Assembly: GCA_963666295.1 (NCBI GenBank) | Contig: OY762707.1 | Location: forward strand, 570,726-634,725 | Source: Burkholderiaceae bacterium | Lineage (GTDB): Bacteria > Pseudomonadota > Gammaproteobacteria > Burkholderiales > Burkholderiaceae_D | Direction: 5' to 3' | Length of the DNA stretch: 64,000 bases | The notes under the pieces: generated by a model | Seen by the model: only the letters and a program-made list of their open reading frames with translations | Databases searched by the model: none | Told to the model about the DNA's origin: nothing | Shown here: in pieces, positions 61,783-64,000 of the stretch | Position numbering within the stretch: position 1 is the first letter of the stretch | Layout of the letters: each line of letters begins with the position of its first letter | Program-made: the position numbers and the translations under genes

Positions 61783-63093
61783 TCAATGCTGCAACAGTGC
61801 GTTAATTCGCGCCATATCGTCATCCTTCAATGTGCCGGAGGCCGATTTGAGGCGCAACCCGTTGACGATTGTATCGTAGCGTGCTTTCGACAAGTCCTTT
61901 TGCGTGGAATATAGCTGCTGTTGCGCATTGAGCACATCGATGTTGATGCGCACACCCACTTCATAACCGAGCTTGTTAGACTCCAGCGCAGACTGACTGG
62001 ATATCTGCGCCGCTTCGAGCGCCTTGACCTGCGCCAGTCCGCTCGTTACGCCAAGATAGGATTGCCGCGCCGCCTGTGCCGCGCTACGGCGAGCGTATTC
62101 CAGATCGTTGCGTGCTTTCTCCTTAAGCGCAATCGCTTCACGCACCTGACTGCTAACGGAAAAACCGGAAAAGAGCGGCAGATTCCATTGAATGCCAATG
62201 GAATCCGTATCAAGATTGCTGTTGGTATAACCCGTTGAAATGCTCGGCTGGTTTGTATGAGAACGGCTAGCGACCAGATCAAGGGTTGGCATGTGCCCAG
62301 CGCGGCTTCTCGAAATCTCGCGCTGTGCGATTTCCAGCGCCAGTTCTGAACCGACAACGCCGTAGTTCTGTTTCTGTGCCGTTTTTACCCAAGCATCCAT
62401 TTGCATCGGCTGAGGCGCGCTGATTTGCACATCGTGCCGCAAACGCGAGAGTCCTTCTGGAACAATACCGATGATCACTTCCAGCGCTGCGTGCTTTACC
62501 GCCAGATCGTTCAGCCCGGCAAGTTCCTGCGCCACCGCCAGGTCGTAGCGCGCCTGGGCTTCGTGCGTATCGGTAATGGTGGCCGTACCGACTTCAAAAT
62601 TGCGCTTGGCCGAAGCCAGTTGCTCTGAAATTGCCTTTTTCTGCGCCTGTACGAAGGTAATGACATCTTGTGCGGCAAGCACGTCGAAATAGGCTTGCGC
62701 CACGCGCACAATCAGGTCGGACTGTGCCTGCGCAAATTCAGCCTCGCTGGCTGCCGCAGTCAACTTTCCCTGATGGTATTGCTCGTAGTTCGCCCATCGG
62801 AACAACGGCTGCGACAAGGAAATGGTGTAACCGTTGCTTGAGTAGTTCGCGCCACTGGCATTTTCAACATCAACATTTGAGCGCGCATAACTGCCGGACG
62901 CACCCAAAGCTGGCAATAGTGCAGCGCGTCCCTGAATGGCCTTCTCTCGGCCTGCATCACGACTGGCGCGCGCACTGGCAAACTGCGCATCGTACTGCAA
63001 TGCGCTTTGGTACACTTGCAGCAAATCCGCTGCACTGGCATTAAGCGCAACGCCAAAAACTGCAAGCAGGCATACTTTCAACTTCTTGCACAT
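61783..63093 (-). CDS. tolC: TolC-family outer membrane efflux channel
   Basis: Signal peptide from ATG 63093 (MCKKLKVCLLAVFGVALNASA), then ADLLQVYQSALQYDAQF, a typical TolC N-terminus. Confidence 0.85.
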   Translation of the reverse strand: MCKKLKVCLLAVFGVALNASAADLLQVYQSALQYDAQFASARASRDAGREKAIQGRAALLPALGASGSYARSNVDVENASGANYSSNGYTISLSQPLFRWANYEQYHQGKLTAAASEAEFAQAQSDLIVRVAQAYFDVLAAQDVITFVQAQKKAISEQLASAKRNFEVGTATITDTHEAQARYDLAVAQELAGLNDLAVKHAALEVIIGIVPEGLSRLRHDVQISAPQPMQMDAWVKTAQKQNYGVVGSELALEIAQREISRSRAGHMPTLDLVASRSHTNQPSISTGYTNSNLDTDSIGIQWNLPLFSGFSVSSQVREAIALKEKARNDLEYARRSAAQAARQSYLGVTSGLAQVKALEAAQISSQSALESNKLGYEVGVRINIDVLNAQQQLYSTQKDLSKARYDTIVNGLRLKSASGTLKDDDMARINALLQH

Positions 63094-63149
63094 AAATTCT
63101 CCATTATTCAGACGCATACCGGCCAACAAGCATGTTGCCTGCACCCATT

Positions 63150-64000
63150 CTATTCACTTTCTGGTGCCGCCTTCTGATTTTCACCAAACCACTTGCGCTT
63201 TGCCCATGCGCCTAAATCATCCAGATAGGTATACAGGACGGGCACAACGACCAGCGTCAGGAGCGATGACGTAATAATCCCGCCAATCACCGCCTGCCCC
63301 ATCGGCGCGCGCTGCTCAGAACCTTCAGACATACCAAATGCCAGTGGCAGCATGCCAAAAATCATCGCCAGTGTCGTCATCAAAATCGGACGCATACGCA
63401 CTTTGGCTGCCAGCATCAAGGCTTCAATGCGTTCCACGCCGGATGCGCGCACCTGATTCGCAAAATCGACCAGCAAGATCGCATTTTTTGTTACCAGACC
63501 CATCAGCATGATGAAGCCGATAATCGAGAAAATATTTAGCGTTGAACGGCTAAGCAACAAAGCCAGGAATACGCCCACCAGCGTCAACGGCAATGAAGAC
63601 ATGATCGTCAGCGGCTGCAGGAAACTGCCGAATTGCGACGCCAGAATCATGTAGATGAAAATGATCGCCAGCAGTAAGGCCGATACCGCGTAAGCAAACG
63701 ACTCTTTCATATCCTTGGATGCACCTTCCATCTGGAATCGGTAACCCGGTGGCAAGCTGATTTCCTGCAGGGACTTCGTAATTTCAGCACTGACCTGGCC
63801 GGCAGAACGCCCTACCACGTTGGCTGAGAATTCGATTTCCCGATTCATGTTGCGCCGGTTAATCTGATTGGCGCCTGTCGAAGGTGTAATCTTGGCGACC
63901 TGACGCAACGGCACCATTTTTGGCGTGCCATCCGGATTGAATTGTGAACTGGCCAGCATCAGGCGTGAGAGATCGTCAATACTTTCCCGTTCGCCGGGCG
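63150..64000 (-). CDS. RND-family (AcrB-like) efflux permease, C-terminal part (gene continues past window end)
   Basis: The C-terminal TM bundle sequence (ILLVDFANQ..., RMRPILMTTLAMIFGMLPLA) is typical of HAE1 RND pumps. The open frame reaches the window edge. Confidence 0.85.
   Translation of the reverse strand, partial: PGERESIDDLSRLMLASSQFNPDGTPKMVPLRQVAKITPSTGANQINRRNMNREIEFSANVVGRSAGQVSAEITKSLQEISLPPGYRFQMEGASKDMKESFAYAVSALLLAIIFIYMILASQFGSFLQPLTIMSSLPLTLVGVFLALLLSRSTLNIFSIIGFIMLMGLVTKNAILLVDFANQVRASGVERIEALMLAAKVRMRPILMTTLAMIFGMLPLAFGMSEGSEQRAPMGQAVIGGIITSSLLTLVVVPVLYTYLDDLGAWAKRKWFGENQKAAPESE

Overview
64-kb chromosomal window from a Gram-negative proteobacterium. Gene content and the tRNA-His look beta/gamma-proteobacterial, but the taxon is an inference. 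Two housekeeping blocks flank a visibly AT-richer accessory region at about 10.9-30.6 kb. The left block (1-10.4 kb) holds tig, radC, ispH, glk, an rsmB-like gene, purN, a secreted RNase plus barstar, prmC, dsbB and prfA. The right block (30.7-64 kb) holds an intein-containing nrdJ, etfBA, a tusA-like gene, alaS, an HDOD kinase with a GGDEF/EAL regulator, umuDC behind a consensus SOS box, two MCPs with cheW, olsBA, an ATP-grasp plus CocE/NonD pair, mdaB, tRNA-His, and tolC with an RND pump. The accessory region carries an IS21-family element (istAB) and two identical, inverted 1626-bp IS1182-family copies, each with its own 6-bp target duplication. Between the two copies lies about 11 kb of defence-island-like cargo. 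The most interesting content is a minus-strand, tightly coupled cassette at 18228-25197. It encodes a 1129-aa Cas4-like Fe-S nuclease / PolB-like exonuclease / SF1B helicase fusion, a 305-aa protein with a D..EVK nuclease-like module, an HTH-WYL regulator, and a 531-aa repeat/coiled-coil protein with a D..EFK nuclease-like core. Three copies of a 23-bp dyad operator sit upstream of the first and the last gene. I do not recognise this gene combination as a named defence system. Its neighbours are a DUF4258-like pair, an N-terminally truncated adenosine-deaminase remnant and an AbiV-like gene. All domain calls rest on motif recognition by eye; no database search or computation was run.
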